A stretch of DNA of 64,000 bases from Sphyrna mokarran (taxonomy: Eukaryota). The stretch covers positions 50,220,001 to 50,284,000 of the forward strand of contig JAGIQG010000017.1 of assembly GCA_024679065.1 (NCBI GenBank), in the 5' to 3' direction. The notes beneath the pieces are model-generated. The model had not been told where the DNA came from, made no database searches, and worked only from the letters and a program-made list of their open reading frames with translations. Of this stretch, positions 37,000 to 50,170 are shown one piece after another. The position numbers and the translations under genes were made by a program. The number at the start of each line of letters is the position of its first letter. Positions within the stretch are counted from its first letter, which is position 1.

Positions 37000-39230
37000 C
37001 TTGTAAATACTGACACACTCCACAACAAGTTCAGAAAAGATAGGGAAATAAGGAAAGGAGATGGGAATTGGAGGGGTGGTGTGGGGGGGCGGTGGTAAGA
37101 GTAGATATTAAAGAGAACAATACAGTGCTGGAGAGAGCAGTATTCTGGGCCCATCAAGTACAGAATCAATTTGGGTTGGAGTTAAGAGAAAGTGTTCAAC
37201 TACATGATCTTATTTTTTAAAATAAGGCCAACTCAACAAAAGAGCAAATCTGCTGGGAAATTACAGAGAGGTGCAAGAATTTTACAGTCATGATAATAAG
37301 AGAATTAAGTTATCCTAATTTAAACTCAGATAGTATTTGTATAAAGGGCAGCAAGGAGAAAGTTCTTAAGTGTGCTCAGGTGAATTTTCTCAGTGAGGTA
37401 TAAGGTCTGCATCTGGTGTCTGGGGAATGAGGTGGGTCAAATAGACCATGCAGGGGGAGCACTTAGGAAACATTGATCCAAATATAAGGCTAGCTATCGC
37501 TAAAGACAAGAAGGATTATAGGGTAACAATAAATAACTGAGAGCCAATTTTAGTTCATCAAGAAGGAATCTACTCCAGGTAAACTAGAATCCAAGATTGG
37601 CAGACAAAACTGTAATAGTTTGTATGTCAGATGTAAGGTTAATAATGAGTAATAGGTTGCCCACGGAAAGTTCAGCGGGACAGTGAAAACAGAAATGAGC
37701 CACAAAGAGAGAGCATGAGCAGCAACTAACACAATGGAAAATTCAAACAATCTTCTATATGTCTATAAATGCTAAGACAATTATGAGGGCAGAAAGTCTG
37801 GTTGAGATTTAAAATGTGTACTTCACAGCTGTCTTTATCAAGGAAGATGCCGGAAAATGAAAATAAAAGAGGGGTTGATGGAGATCCTGGTTGGATTGAT
37901 TGTCGGGTAGCATGGTGGCACAGTGAGTGATTGGCACTGATGCCTCACAATACCAAAGACGCAGGTTTGGTTAGTAATAAATGGTTTTTCAGATTGGAGA
38001 AAGACTTGCAGTGGAGTTCCCCAGGGGTCAATGTTGGGACCCTTGCTCTTCCTAATTTCTATTAATGACCAAGACTGTGTGATCACAGTGTGATTTCAAA
38101 ATTTGCAGATAATAGAAAGACTGGAAATACTGCCATATGTGATGAGGATAGTCTTGAACTTCAAATGGATGTAGACACGTTGGTGGTTTGGCAGACAACT
38201 GGCAGGTGAAGTTTAACACAGAAGTGCAAGATGGTTAATTTTGTCATTTTCATATAAAGAGACAGTACAGAATAGAATTAGATGGTCTAAAAGAGGTGCA
38301 GGAATGATGTGTATATACATAAGTCTTTAAAGAAAGAGCAATTAATAAAGCATATAGTCTTTTGGGCTCTTTTAATAGGAACAGTGGGTAGACGAGTGAA
38401 GAAATAATGTTGAACTTGTAAAAAAACACTAACTCGTTACATCTTGTCTGGAGTACCATATCCAGTTCTGGGCAGCATACTTGAGGAAGGATATGAATAC
38501 ATTGTAAGAAGGAGATTCACAAGAATGATTCCAGGGATAAAGAATTATGGGAATAGATTGGTGAGGTTGGGACTGTTTCTCTTGCTGAAAAGAAGGCCAA
38601 GAGGAGACCTGATAGAGATATTCAAGATACTGAGGAGTATGGGGGTAAATAGTAAGAAACTGTTCCCATTCAGATCCATCAAGAATTTTAAGTTTATTTA
38701 TTAGTGTCACAGGTAGGTTGACATTAACAGTGCAATGAAGTTACTGTGAAAATCCCCTATTTGCAACACTCCTGTGCCTGTTTGGTTATACAGAGGGATA
38801 ATTTAGCATGGCCAATGAATCTCACCAGCAAGTCTGTGGGAGGAAACCCATGCAGACACATGGAGGATGTGCAGACTCCACACAGATAGTGACTCAAGCC
38901 AGGAATCAAACCTGGATCCCTGGTGCTGTGAGCAGCAATGCTAGCCACTCTGCTATCCCATTTAATGGGCAAAAAGAGCAAAACTGATGAAGGGGGGAGA
39001 GGGGGAACAATTTTCACCCAGAGAGTGATTGGAGTCTGAAACAAACTTCCTGAGAGGGTGGTGGAGGCAGGCTCGATCAAAGTATTCAAAGGGGAATTGG
39101 ATTGCTATCTGAAAAGCGAAAATATGCAAGGGATAAGGCACGGGAGTGGATTAGGTACGATATTCTTTCAGACCAAGGGCAGATCCAATGGGCTGAATGG
39201 TCTCCTTCTGCATTGTAAAGGTTCTGCAAT
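37000..39230 (+). mobile_element. Old long CR1 ORF2 remnant with SINE insertions
   Basis: gcagtggagttccccaggggtcaatgttgggaccc (SGVPQGS.LGP), RRFTRMIPG, RGDLIEIFKI and a CR1 tail at ~39190-39230. Confidence 0.8.
38686..38958 (-). mobile_element. V-SINE family B
   Basis: aagtttatttattagtgtcacag tail through to head, reverse strand. Confidence 0.85.
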
Positions 39231-39281
39231 TCTCACATTCTCACGTAACTATTCTAACCCGACTGAAATCAAGAAACATTT

Positions 39282-39960
39282 CATAGAAACATAGAAGATA
39301 GAAGCAGGAGGCGGCCATTTGGCCCTTCGAGCCTGCTCTGCCATTCATTGCGATCATGGCTATTCATCCAACACAATAGCCTAATCCTGCTTTTTCCCCA
39401 TAACTTTTGATCCCATTTGCCCCAAGTGCTGTATCCAGCCACCCCTTGAGTACATTCAATGCTTTGTCATCAACTATTTCTTGTGATAATGAATTCCACA
39501 ATTTTTTGGGTGAAGAAATTAAAAAGTTAGAAGTTTTATTTATTAATTACAAATAAGGCTGACATGAACACTGCAGTTAAATTACTGTGAAATTCCTCTA
39601 GTCGCCACAATCTGGAACCTGTTTGGGTCAACGTACTTAACTCGCATGTCTTTCAGAATGTGGGAGGAAATCCATGCAGACGTGAAGAATGTGCAGACAC
39701 CACGCCATCCAAATGTCTCCTCATCTCTGTCCTAAATAGTCTATCCCAAATTTTCAGACTGTGACCCCTGGTTCTGGACTCCCCCACCATTGGGAACATC
39801 CTTCCTGAATCTATCCTGTCTAGTCCTGTTAGAATTTATGAGATTTCCCCCTCATTCACCTGAACCCTGCAAAAACGATCTTAACCTAGTCAACCTCTCC
39901 TCATACATCAGTCCCACCCATCCCCGGAATCAGCTTGGTAAACCTTCGGTGCACTCTCTC
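39282..39960 (-). mobile_element. CR1 3' fragment containing a family-B SINE piece (~39522-39700)
   Basis: catagaaacatagaagatagaagcaggaggcggccatttggccc tail. Confidence 0.8.
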
Positions 39961-39968
39961 GAGAACAA

Positions 39969-40095
39969 TATGGAGATGCTGGCGTTGGACTGGGGTTTCA
40001 CCTGATGAAGAGGGAAACCTCGAAAGCTCATGAATTTACTTTCAAATAAATCGGTTGGACTTAAACCTGGTGTTGTCAGACTTCTTACTGTGTTT
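39969..40095 (+). mobile_element. Penelope-derived short element with TSD
   Basis: Same family as 4811-5016; flanked by actc(t/c)ctcgagaacaa at 39953-39968 and 40096-40111. Confidence 0.8.
39997..40034 (+). ncRNA. Minimal hammerhead ribozyme motif, core intact
   Basis: ttcac-CTGATGA-a-GAGG-gaaa-CCTC-GAAA-gctc-atgaa. Confidence 0.7.
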
Positions 40096-40975
40096 ACTCC
40101 CTCGAGAACAACTGATAGTAGAGAAGATGGAGGTACCGTCATCTATTGGAATTAAGGTTGTCAGTTCTGAATAGGAGGTTTCATTGCGTGGCCTCCTGCC
40201 TATACAGTCCCGCCCAAACAAACAGCCTTTTTACCCACTTCCACCAAAGAACTGCAATTAAAGTAAATTTTAAAAAAATACAAAATCCTCTTATATTTCT
40301 CCTGAAATGCTTGCACCAGTTCCCAGGCATTTAATCTTCAATGTTAACAAACTCCAGAGCAATCCAAGCTGGGCAACAACTCAAACTAGGATACCAAACA
40401 AAAGTTGGCCCAAGGTCCATTACAAATTGTAGAGCTATTCATCATTTTAAAAGGTTTCTTTCTAATAGTTTGAGGTAAGTAACTTGCCCTAAATGGAATC
40501 CAAAGAGGCTTGCAGCTCACAATACTTGGTGTTAATTACACACCAATCTAATTCTAACTGCTGTTTATATTTTTTGTTGCTATAAATAAGGTTTTGTTTC
40601 ACACAAAGCACTGCCTAAACTTTACAAGTTGTTTTCAGCTGCATAATAGGAATTTTGTAGAAACAAAAAAGCTCTTGGGCGAATTACAGCCCTTCAAAAC
40701 AAAGCTGGGCTCAGAATTTTTGGTACAGTCCCAAACCTCCAATAGTATCACTTTTCACAATCACTCTGCCAGCCTCTTCAAACAAGGGGAAGCAAACGCT
40801 CAGTCACAATGATGCATGTAGCATCTAAATGATTGCAAGTTCTTGCCAAGTTAATGGCTTCAATTTATTTTAACCTTCTGAATGCTAATAAGGCTATTGG
40901 AATAGGGGTAGACGGTTCAGCCCTCAGAGCCTGCTACGCTATTTAATAAGATCATGGCTGATCTAAAATTCACCA

Positions 40976-41099
40976 GGCAGGATTTTACAGCTTTGCTCGA
41001 GCGAGACTGGAAATTCCCACCCAAAGTCAACGGACATTTCCATTGTCCGCCCCTCATCCGCTCCGATTTCATGGCAGGGTGGGCCAGTAGAATTCCGAC
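40976..41099 (+). mobile_element. MITE-like ~120-bp element
   Basis: Imperfect inverted termini ggcaggattttac / gtagaattccgac. Confidence 0.6.
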
Positions 41100-41189
41100 G
41101 ACTACATTCACTTTCCTGTTTTCTCTCCGTAACCCTTAATCCCCAACTGATTAAAAACTTATCCATCGCAGAATTGAAAATGTTCAAGG

Positions 41190-41492
41190 AGCGGCATGAT
41201 GGCAGTGGTTAGCACTGCTACCTCAGTGCCAGGGACCTGGTTCGATTCCTGGTTTGGGTCACTGTCTGTGTGAAGTTTGCATGTTCTCCCCATGTCTGGC
41301 ATGGGTTTCTTCCCATAGCCCAAAGATGTGCGGGTTAGGTTGAGTGGCCACACTGAATTGCTCCCAAGTGACAGGGAACTAGCTAGAGTAAATGCATGCA
41401 GTTATGGGGATAGGGTCTTGGTGGGATTGTGGTTGATGCAAACTTGATGGGTCAAATGGCCTCCTTCAACACCGTAGGATTTTACGGATTCC
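41190..41492 (+). mobile_element. HE1-type V-SINE
   Basis: Head, V domain and CR1 tail. Confidence 0.88.
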
Positions 41493-41928
41493 ACAGCTTC
41501 CTGGGATAAAGAATTCCAAAGATTCACCACTCAGAGAGTGAATTTTTCCTCAAACCTATCTTAAAAGAACACCCTTTATTCTGCGATTGTGCCATCTGGT
41601 CCTACACTCTCCCATAAGTGGAAATGTCCGCCCAACACTTAGCCTGCCTAACCCACTAAGAATCTCATATGTTCCAATCATGCCACCTCTCATTCTTCCG
41701 AGCTCTAAGGAGTACAGAGCCATCCTGCTTACGCTCTGATGCACACACACAGAAGTGACTTGTGAAGTGTGAGAGCTTCATACTAGAAGCAAGATTACAA
41801 TTCGAGATCAGTCTTTCAAAGAAACACTTATACACGCAAAGGATGGTGAAATGAACTCTTTTCCACAAATGACAACTGATAAGAAGTTAGTTGATTTTTT
41901 TTTTATATTTTGAGATCGACAAGAGAAA

Positions 41929-42110
41929 GAATTCTACTGCCCCGCCCACCATGGAATTGGAGCGAGCGAGGGGTGGACAACGGAAATGTCCACCAACTTC
42001 GGGCCGGAATTTCGCTCAAGCGAGGCTGTAAAATCCCGCTCAATGAATTTTAGATCAGCCAAGATCTTGTTAAATAGTGGAGCAAGTTCGAAGGGCTGAA
42101 TGGCCTAATA
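41929..42110 (-). mobile_element. MITE-like element plus CR1 tail, inverted counterpart of ~40908-41099
   Basis: Reverse complement shares the ggctgatctaaaattca..ggattttacagc junction. Confidence 0.7.
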
Positions 42111-43512
42111 TAAGGCAAAGCAGGGATCTGGAGTCAGGTCAATAATGAACAGCAGAATCTCAAGGAGGTGAACAACCTTCTCCCATTCCCACTTCTACAA
42201 CCTTTCTTGGGCAGTTTTCTACTCCATAAAGGCAGATGGAGATGAACCTATAGTGCACACCACAATGATCAAGCGCACATCACAGTAAACAGCTAGCGGA
42301 ATTTCATATTTTAGTGATTGCCAACATTCTGCATCAGTTCCTTTCCAGTTTCGTAGAAGCCTTTCTTAACTGTTATATAATGAAGCGGAGAGAGTGATTT
42401 TTGTTATAGTTTGACACTGCACACCTAGACACTTCAATCTCATGGTTCACCCTCCAGCCAATTGCCCTTTCTGGCAAAGTCAATGTTTGCTAATGAATTA
42501 ACCCATGCAGCATTCCATTCCCCACATTGGAAAATGTAGACATTCACAGAATTTGGTTCAATTTGCCAAGCATCCTGGAATGTCCCAAAGTTTCCAGGAA
42601 TTGAAGATTTATCTCCCAGCTGTGAACAAGAATTTTTTTTAAAAATCCCATTTTTGGTGAAGATTTTGATTTCAGTTTTGGAAATGGCTCTTTCAGTTAC
42701 AACAATCATACAGTTGAGCAAGAGTTTGTTGGCGTGAGAAGGGAGTGTCTTTAGAAGATAGATTGTCAGGTGATCAAAGGTGACAGAGTGGGGTGAGCAG
42801 TTGGAGTGGAGAGATTGTGTATCAAAGTGTTACAATGTTAGATCCATTTTGCTCTGTTGTGCTCCCATTGCTATGTGTTTGTCAGAGCAAAGAGGGACAG
42901 GGCTTCATAAAGTCTCTTCTCCGATTCTCTCTGTCCCAGTAAGGCCAAATCCCAATCCAAGGTCTAGGCCCAACAAAATTAGATCCCTGCACTTTCTCAA
43001 TTGATCATTATAAGTTGTGGGAAAATAGTTCCTGCTGATAAAGACAAGAGGGTTCAAATTAAATCTAAAACAGGCAAGTTTAGATCCGAATGCCTCACTC
43101 AAAATTATCATCAAGGGATTCTACACAATAGGAAACATTGTGCTTGGTCACCAAAAGGAGCTGAGATATCTGTAGAGGTTCCAGGGCCACTAGAGAAGCC
43201 CTGAATCTGGAGTTTCTCAATTTCATTAAGCAGCTGGGCTTTCTAGCTGGGCTGACGACTGCCTTGACCCTGTTTGAGGGAGGAAGCATTCTCAGCTTCT
43301 GCCTAACACAAACAGAGAACTTTCTTCTCCTGACCAGACCTTTGGTTTTCCAGTCCAATAAAATTGACCAGGTTCAGCCATGGTCAAGTTGGGTTTGGCA
43401 AAAAACCCAACACAAGAAGTTATACAAGGAAGCAAGTTAGCTAATGTCACAGACTTAGTCCTCATTTGTGGTGATTCTGCAATAAAGATGCCGCTGCAAA
43501 AATACACACTAG

Positions 43513-43812
43513 GGGTGGCATGATGGCACAGTAGTGAGCACTGCTGCCTCATAGTCCCAGGGACCTGGGTTCAATTCCTGGCTTGAGGGATCACCATCTG
43601 CGCGGAGTCTGCACGTTCTCCTCATGTTTGCATGGGTTTCCTCCGGATGCCGTGGTTTCCTCCCACAGTCCAAAAGATGTACTGGTTAGCTGCATTGGCC
43701 ACACTAAATTCTCCATTAGTGTACCCCAACAGGCACTAGAGTGTGGCAATTAGGGGATTTTCACAGTAACTTCATTGCAGTGTTCATGTAAGCTTACTAA
43801 TAAATAAACTTT
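43513..43812 (+). mobile_element. V-SINE family B
   Basis: Full head, V domain and tail. Confidence 0.88.
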
Positions 43813-44723
43813 TTTTTAAAAACTTGTTTCATCCCCCATCCCAAACGATATACACCACGATTTATATTCCTTTGTTTACCATAGATCGACATTGCAAAAT
43901 ATTCATCTCTCAAAAATATGTCACAAATGGATGAGAAAAATACATCCTGGTTTTAAAACGCATAATCATGAATGATTTATGTCCAACAAATTTATTTAAT
44001 ACCCTCCTATCACTCAGACCTAGTATATGATTAACATAAATATATACCTTACCTGAACTTATCATTTGGAAGAATTATTTATTCATGAAGGGCCGAATGG
44101 CTTAGCTCCACTCCTACTTTCTATAAGGAACGTAACAAATTTCATTCCGACATGGGTGAGTTTGTAACTCCACTGTCAAGTCATTCCTGGAAACTGAACC
44201 TTTGTGTAGATTCACACAGGCCAAATCCTACTCATACAGTCATGCCAAGCCATACAGCAGTAGCAATATAGACTTGTGACCCAGACCCACATCTTTCTCA
44301 TCCGTTCCCATGGGGAAGGCAGAAAGGAAAGAGGTCAGGGTGCGCGTTGATAGTTGCTTAGAGGATAATAGATGTGATCCAATTCCACTAATTCAAGCAG
44401 TACTTGTTTTCATGTTGTAATACAAAATAATACATGCACTGCTTCCCCACATCAGTGAATCATTTTGCGTGACAAACCAAATAACGCCTACTATTTTCTT
44501 TCATTCTCCTGAAACTAGCCAGAGATTTTGTCCCCAAGAGCTTTCCATTTTGAAAAAATAATAATGGGCCACATTTGCCTCTTGTTTTAAAATTCCTTGT
44601 GCACACAACTTGATTGGAGTACTTATAGCAAACAGTTTCTGCTGAGGACTAAGACTCTTGGAATATAAATGGGTGCGAGGTTTATCAATTGCTGGCTAAT
44701 TTATTATTCCCTTTAAATTTTTC

Positions 44724-44865
44724 CATAGAATCATAGAATCCTGAAATGCAGAAGAAAGCCATTTGGCCCATCGAGTCTGCCCCGGGCACAATCCCATCCA
44801 GGCCCTATCCCCATAACCCTTTGCATTTACTCTTCCAATCTCAACACAAAGGGTCAATTTGAGGG
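44724..44865 (-). mobile_element. HE1 SINE 3' tail
   Basis: catagaatcatagaatcc..gccatttggcccatcgagtctg. Confidence 0.8.
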
Positions 44866-45859
44866 AAAATACCAACACTCATTTTAAACATTTTAAAAAA
44901 TGCAAATAATTCAGTTCTGAATTGTAATTCCTTGGTCCCAAAACCTTTTTGCAAGAATGATCAAATAAAGCTCATACTGAGACAATCATGCAGAATAACT
45001 CTAATCTAATGAAAATTGAAGTTTTGTGACACAGTGGCAGCTTCTCTGCCTCTGAGCCAGAAGCTCTGGGTTTAAGTTCCACTCCAGAACTTGATGGTCA
45101 AGTAACATGTATTAATAACAATTTAAGAGTATTAACCAGCAAAATCCACTTAACACGTGCCAATGACAGGTGTCACAGAGTCTTACAGCACTGAAAAAGA
45201 GCATTTGATCGTCAAGCCCCTGAAATAGAGCAGGAATATTTCTGCTCAGCTATGTGATGGGAAAAAGCTTGACCTTCTGCCATTATTATCCATAGCTAAA
45301 GACTGTAGCATGCTTGGAAAACCTTATGTAGCCATAGCAGCTCTAACTTCTTTCAGCGTTGGCAGTTGGTATGGATTAGATGGGTGCCACCAGCACAGAG
45401 TTTTATCCCTGTGCCAGCTAGAATGGATTCAGGATCTGCTGCCTAATCAGGGGGGCAGATGGGTCAGCCCTGCTTTCAGACCAAGAACTGAAGGAAAAGA
45501 ATGAAATTTAGAGGGACAAACAGTCCATCCTCTCCATCTCAAACCTGGCGTGCTTCAAACTGAAGGTGCCGACTCCGAAGACAACAAACGATACCAGGTC
45601 AAGGAGCAGTGAGTGAATGAAGATGGCATGTGTCAGTGCCAGTTACTGGCATATGGCGGTCTCTTCAGTATACCTGCTGCAGTGCTGCTCAAGTTGAGAA
45701 AGGGATCATGCTGTTTTACAGCAGTACAAGTGCCAACATCAAAAACCATTGAGGAAATAAGTGATAGGCAGTTGTTGCTAATATTTTTTGTACGTAGCAT
45801 TGAGAAGTTTCGAAGAACAAAGGAACTTTGGCATGTCTGTCCATGTATTATAAAGATGA

Positions 45860-46505
45860 AAAGGTAGATTAATAGAGTGGTGAAAAAGGCATATAGTACA
45901 ATTGGGCTATCAAAAAAAGAGAGGTCATGTTGGAAATGTATAGAACTTAGGCGAGGCCATAACTGGAGTACTGTGGCCAGTTCTCAAGACCACATCATAG
46001 GAAGGATGTAATGCAATGGATGGGGTGCAGAGAAGGTTCACCAGGATGTTGCTTAGGATAGAACATTCAGGAAATGAAGAGAGGTTGGGGTAGGTTTGGG
46101 TTATTTTCTCCAGAGCACAGAAGACTGAGGAGTGACCCGATCAAGGTATTCAAGATTATGAGGCATGGACAGGGTGGATAGGGAGTAGCTGTTCCTCTTT
46201 GCTTAAGGGTTACTTGCGAGGGGACACAAGTTAAAAGTGAGGGGTAGGGGGTTTAGGGAGATTTGAGGAAAAACCTTTTTCCCAGAGGGTGGTCACAGTC
46301 TGGAATGCACTGCCTAGGAAGGAAGGAGGAGGCAGGATACTTCATATCTTTTAAAAAGTACCTGGATGAATACTTGGCACATCATAATATTCAAAGATAT
46401 GTGCCAAGAGCTAGTAAATGGGATGAGGAAAGCAGATCATGCATCTGTGCAGATTCAATGAGCCAAAGAGCCTCTTCTGCACTGTAGTATTCTGTGATTC
46501 TGTGA
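45860..46505 (+). mobile_element. CR1 3' fragment
   Basis: Degenerate [21 protein letters not shown] motifs; tail (ttctgtga)2. Confidence 0.85.
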
Positions 46506-47084
46506 CATGGACTATACTCTAAAGTTTAAATATATTATATCAATGATCTGTTTTGAAACCTTAACTTGGCTGTTGGTGATATTAACAAGTGCTAAAGATA
46601 CTCCAATGACATTCCTCCGCCTATGATTCTGTCAGCTCTGTGAATCTATTTAACATAACTTCACACCTGTCTCCAAACACTGACTGCTCATTGCTACTAT
46701 GATCTGTCATTATTTTCTGGGCTCTCCAAAGTACAACTTAATTAACGGAGCTGCATATGTTGCTGGAGAAATAGCTCAAGTCAAACAAGGTTATTTTGTC
46801 GGTAAGATTATCACAAGATGCATTGTAAGAGAGCCATTTTCTGCCCAGTTTAATAGCTCGAATGAAGTCATTCATCCACTAGAAAACGTCAATATAGGGA
46901 AGGTGTTGGAAAACTGGTAACATCGAGACAAAAATCATTCTGGATCTCGGTGGCCTTGGATCTCACCAGATTTTGCGAGGGGTGCCTCGAGATAAGATAG
47001 GTGGGAAGAGACTGATATACAAACCACAAAGTGGTTAACTGTCACACCACCCCTTAGTCGAATTGCCCAGCTTTAGATTTTTTT

Positions 47085-47207
47085 AAAAGCAAATTACTGT
47101 GAATGCTGGAATCAGAAACCAAAAGAGAAAATGCTGGAAAATCTCAGTGGTCCGTAAGGAGAGAAAAGAGCTGACGTTTTGAGTCCAGATGACCCTTTGT
47201 CAAAGCT
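47085..47207 (-). mobile_element. Penelope-derived terminal fragment with CpG-decayed hammerhead core
   Basis: Minus strand agct-TTGACAA-a-GGGTC-atctg-GACTC-AAAA-cgtc-agct..gattttccagcattttctc. Confidence 0.7.
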
Positions 47208-47526
47208 GATTAAAATGAAGAATGTATGGAAGAGCAGAATTGGAAGGGCATTAGATCCTAAAGGGCTAAAGATTGCAGACATAGAGGAAGAGTGAGGCCA
47301 TGGAGGAATTTGCAAATATGAATAAGGATTTTAAAATGAAGATTGTTGGGCCAAGAGTGTATAGAGTGAGAGATGAACAAGTCAGTGCAAATTAAGATAC
47401 CACCACCAAGTTGATGTAGGTGGGAGCTGGGAAGTCACAGCACAGCAATGGAATAGTCAAATCTGTCAGGGTAACAAACAAATGTTTCAGACCTGGATGA
47501 GGCAGGGTCGCAGTGAGACAATGGAT

Positions 47527-47645
47527 GGGAATTTACAACCTCGGCTGAGCAAAACCAGAAGTTCTCACCCCGAGGTCAACGTCCATTCCCACCGTCCATC
47601 CTTGCCTGCTCCGAATCCATGGCAGGCGTGGTGTTAGAATTCCGG
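47527..47645 (+). mobile_element. MITE-like ~120-bp element
   Basis: gggaatttacaacctc..cccgaggtcaacg..gttagaattccgg. Confidence 0.6.
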
Positions 47646-48114
47646 TGAATATTATACAGGTGAACAGTCTTGGTGATGGAGTGGACACATGATTGGAAGT
47701 TCATCTCTGGATCAAACACAACACAGCCAACACCAAACACAAGAGCAAAGTGCAGAAAATACACAACAGGTCATGAAAGAAAAATAATTAATGGCCCAAA
47801 TCTTCCCATGAGGATGGGAGTTAATGTGCCCAATACTGATCAGATTGGAAACTACCCATATCTCTGGAAACATTGAAAAGGGTCCAATATCTGATATATG
47901 ATGCAGAATTCCTTCAGCACAGGAATCCTCACAGAGAGCAATAAAGAGAATCAATGCCGACATCACTTCCTCTTACTAATGGCACTAGCTGTCTTCAGCT
48001 AAGTTGAAATGAGCCACAGCCATCCTAGCCGCTTATTCTGAGATGCAATACTTCTTAAGCAAGACAGAGGAACACTGTGGCTACAAGAGGCCAGAGATTT
48101 GAAATCCTAGAATT

Positions 48115-48620
48115 CAACTCTTTGCCTCCCTAAAGCCTGTCCACCATCTACAAGGCACAAGTCAGGAGCATGATGGAATACTCTCCATTTGCCTGAATGA
48201 GTGCAGCTCCAACAACACTCAAGAAACTTGACACCTTCCAGGTCAAAGCAACCCGCTTGATTGCTGGTCTATCCACAAACATTCACTCCCTCTAACACAG
48301 TGACAGCCATGTGTACAATCTACAAGATGCACTGCAGGAATTCGCCAAGGTTCCTTAGGCAGCACCTTCCAAACTCTGAAGGGACAATGGCAGCAGACAC
48401 CCATGACCACCTGGAAATTCCCCTCTAAGCTATCCTGACATGAAAATATATTGCCATTCCTCCACTGTCACTGAGTCAATATCCTGGAACTCCCTTCTTA
48501 AGAAGCACTGTCAGTGTACCTCCCCATGGATTGCAACGGTTCAAGAAGACAGTCTACCTTTTCAATGGTAACTAGGGATGCATGGGATGGCAACACCCAC
48601 ATTCTATTAATTAATTTTTT
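48115..48620 (+). mobile_element. LINE 3' fragment (CR1/L2 group) sharing its tail with SINE family C
   Basis: Encodes LSTIYKAQVRSMMEYSPFA*MSAAPTTLKKLDT; ends actagggatg..cacccacattc. Confidence 0.75.
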
Positions 48621-48621
48621 T

Positions 48622-48968
48622 TAATCCATTCATGGGTTTTGCTGGCTGGCCAGCATTTATTGTCCATCCCTAGCTATCCGCAGGCAGTTGAGAGTCAACT
48701 ACATTGCTGTGACTCTGGAATCACATGTAGCCAGACTCGGTAAGGACAGCAGATTTCCTTTCCTACAGACATTAGCGAAACAAATGGGTTTTTCCAACAA
48801 TCAACAATGATTTCATGGTCATCAGTAGATTCTTAATTCCAAATTTGTTTTTATTGAATTCAAATTCCACCACCTGCTGTGGTGGGATTCAAACTCGGGT
48901 CCCCAGAACATTGGCTAAGTCTCTGGATTAATAGTCTAATGATAATACCACTAGGCCATTACCTTCCC
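48622..48968 (-). mobile_element. SINE family C (full length)
   Basis: Closely similar to 14200-14550. Confidence 0.85.
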
Positions 48969-49557
48969 CTGAAATACAAAAGCAGGCAAACACTATATTG
49001 GTTAAAGTAGATAGAGTTTGTGCGCACAGGACTGGATATGATTTACTTCTGGTGGTTTGCCGATTCTGCTTGTTTTGATGATTATTTATTGCATAATTGA
49101 AGTTTTTGTCACTTAAATCACCATTTATCCTTAATTATTGTAAATTACAAACGACTCAACCATTTTTAAACAGCTCGATGCTTTCAGTGGAGATAAAATG
49201 CAGTAAACATGTCTCTGGGATCACACCGATATAATTACTCAAGGATCAGATTCCCTCCCAGATACTTTTTATAGCGTTCAAAGTTTTTTTAAATCCGAGC
49301 TGGATTAGTACCAATGATTCAAGCTGGGGAGTGGTGTCCCATCAGGTGTGATACCTCAGAGATAGCAACCCCAAGTCCAGAGATGTTACTTCATAATCGT
49401 CAAGTTAGAACCTTCTCAAATTAAGACTGATTGTTCCAATTTCATGTATTCCAACACAATTTCTTCCTGCAAACCAGTTAGCAAGTCTCAAAATTGCAGT
49501 GTGTCCATCTTTTGCTGAGTGGACTCTAGCCTGGGTCACAGTTCATGCAGGATATGT

Positions 49558-49960
49558 GCTCCTGCTCTGCTCAAGACTGCAAGAAATTAGAAAAGGTTGT
49601 GAATGTAGCTCAGTGCATCATGCAAACCCCCAGCCTCCCATCTATTGTCTCTGTCTACTCTTCCCACTGCCTCGACAAAGCAGCCAGCATTAATAAGGAT
49701 CCCATGCACTCTGGACGTTTCTCTCTTCCATCTTTTTCCATCAGGTCATGTAACAACTGACTCAAGAACAGCTTCTTGCCTGCTGTCATCAACTTTTGAA
49801 TGGACCCACCTCGCATTAAGTTGATCTTCCCAGTTATGATTGTAACACCAGAATCTGTACTTTCTCCTTTCCTTCTCAATGAACATATGCTTTGTCTGTC
49901 TAGCACTCAAGAAACAATACTGTTTCCCAATACACTTGGCAATAATAAATCAAATCAAAC
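49558..49960 (+). mobile_element. Rex1/Babar LINE 3' fragment
   Basis: SCSAQDCKKLEKVVNVAQ; ends aataataaatcaaatcaaa; matches ~3008-3425. Confidence 0.8.
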
Positions 49961-50093
49961 ATCCTGCTAAATCTGAAATTACTTGTGTAGTGATATGCTC
50001 ATCAAATTTATCTATAAATAGATCATTTACAGAAGAATACATTCCCTGCAAAATATTATCTAATACAAATAACAGTTCATGATACATCCAGAT

Positions 50094-50170
50094 TCAAAGA
50101 ACAAAGAACAAAGAACAACACAGCACGGGAAACAGGCCCTTCAGCCCAACGAGCCCACGCTGCTGTCTTA
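50094..50170 (-). mobile_element. Tail-only copy of the composite-CR1 lineage
   Basis: (caaagaa)3 followed by cagcacgggaaacaggcccttcagcccaacgagccc. Confidence 0.75.

Larger units (their letters stand above)
40900..41720 (-). mobile_element. CR1 3' fragment hosting a MITE and an HE1 SINE
   Basis: ORF remnant LYSLELGRMRGGMIGTYEILSGL; tail at ~40900-40965. Confidence 0.75.

Noticed and set aside
44046-44060. Strong minus-strand donor CAG|gtaagg
   Set aside because: Upstream sequence runs into a CR1 tail remnant with no convincing acceptor or reading frame
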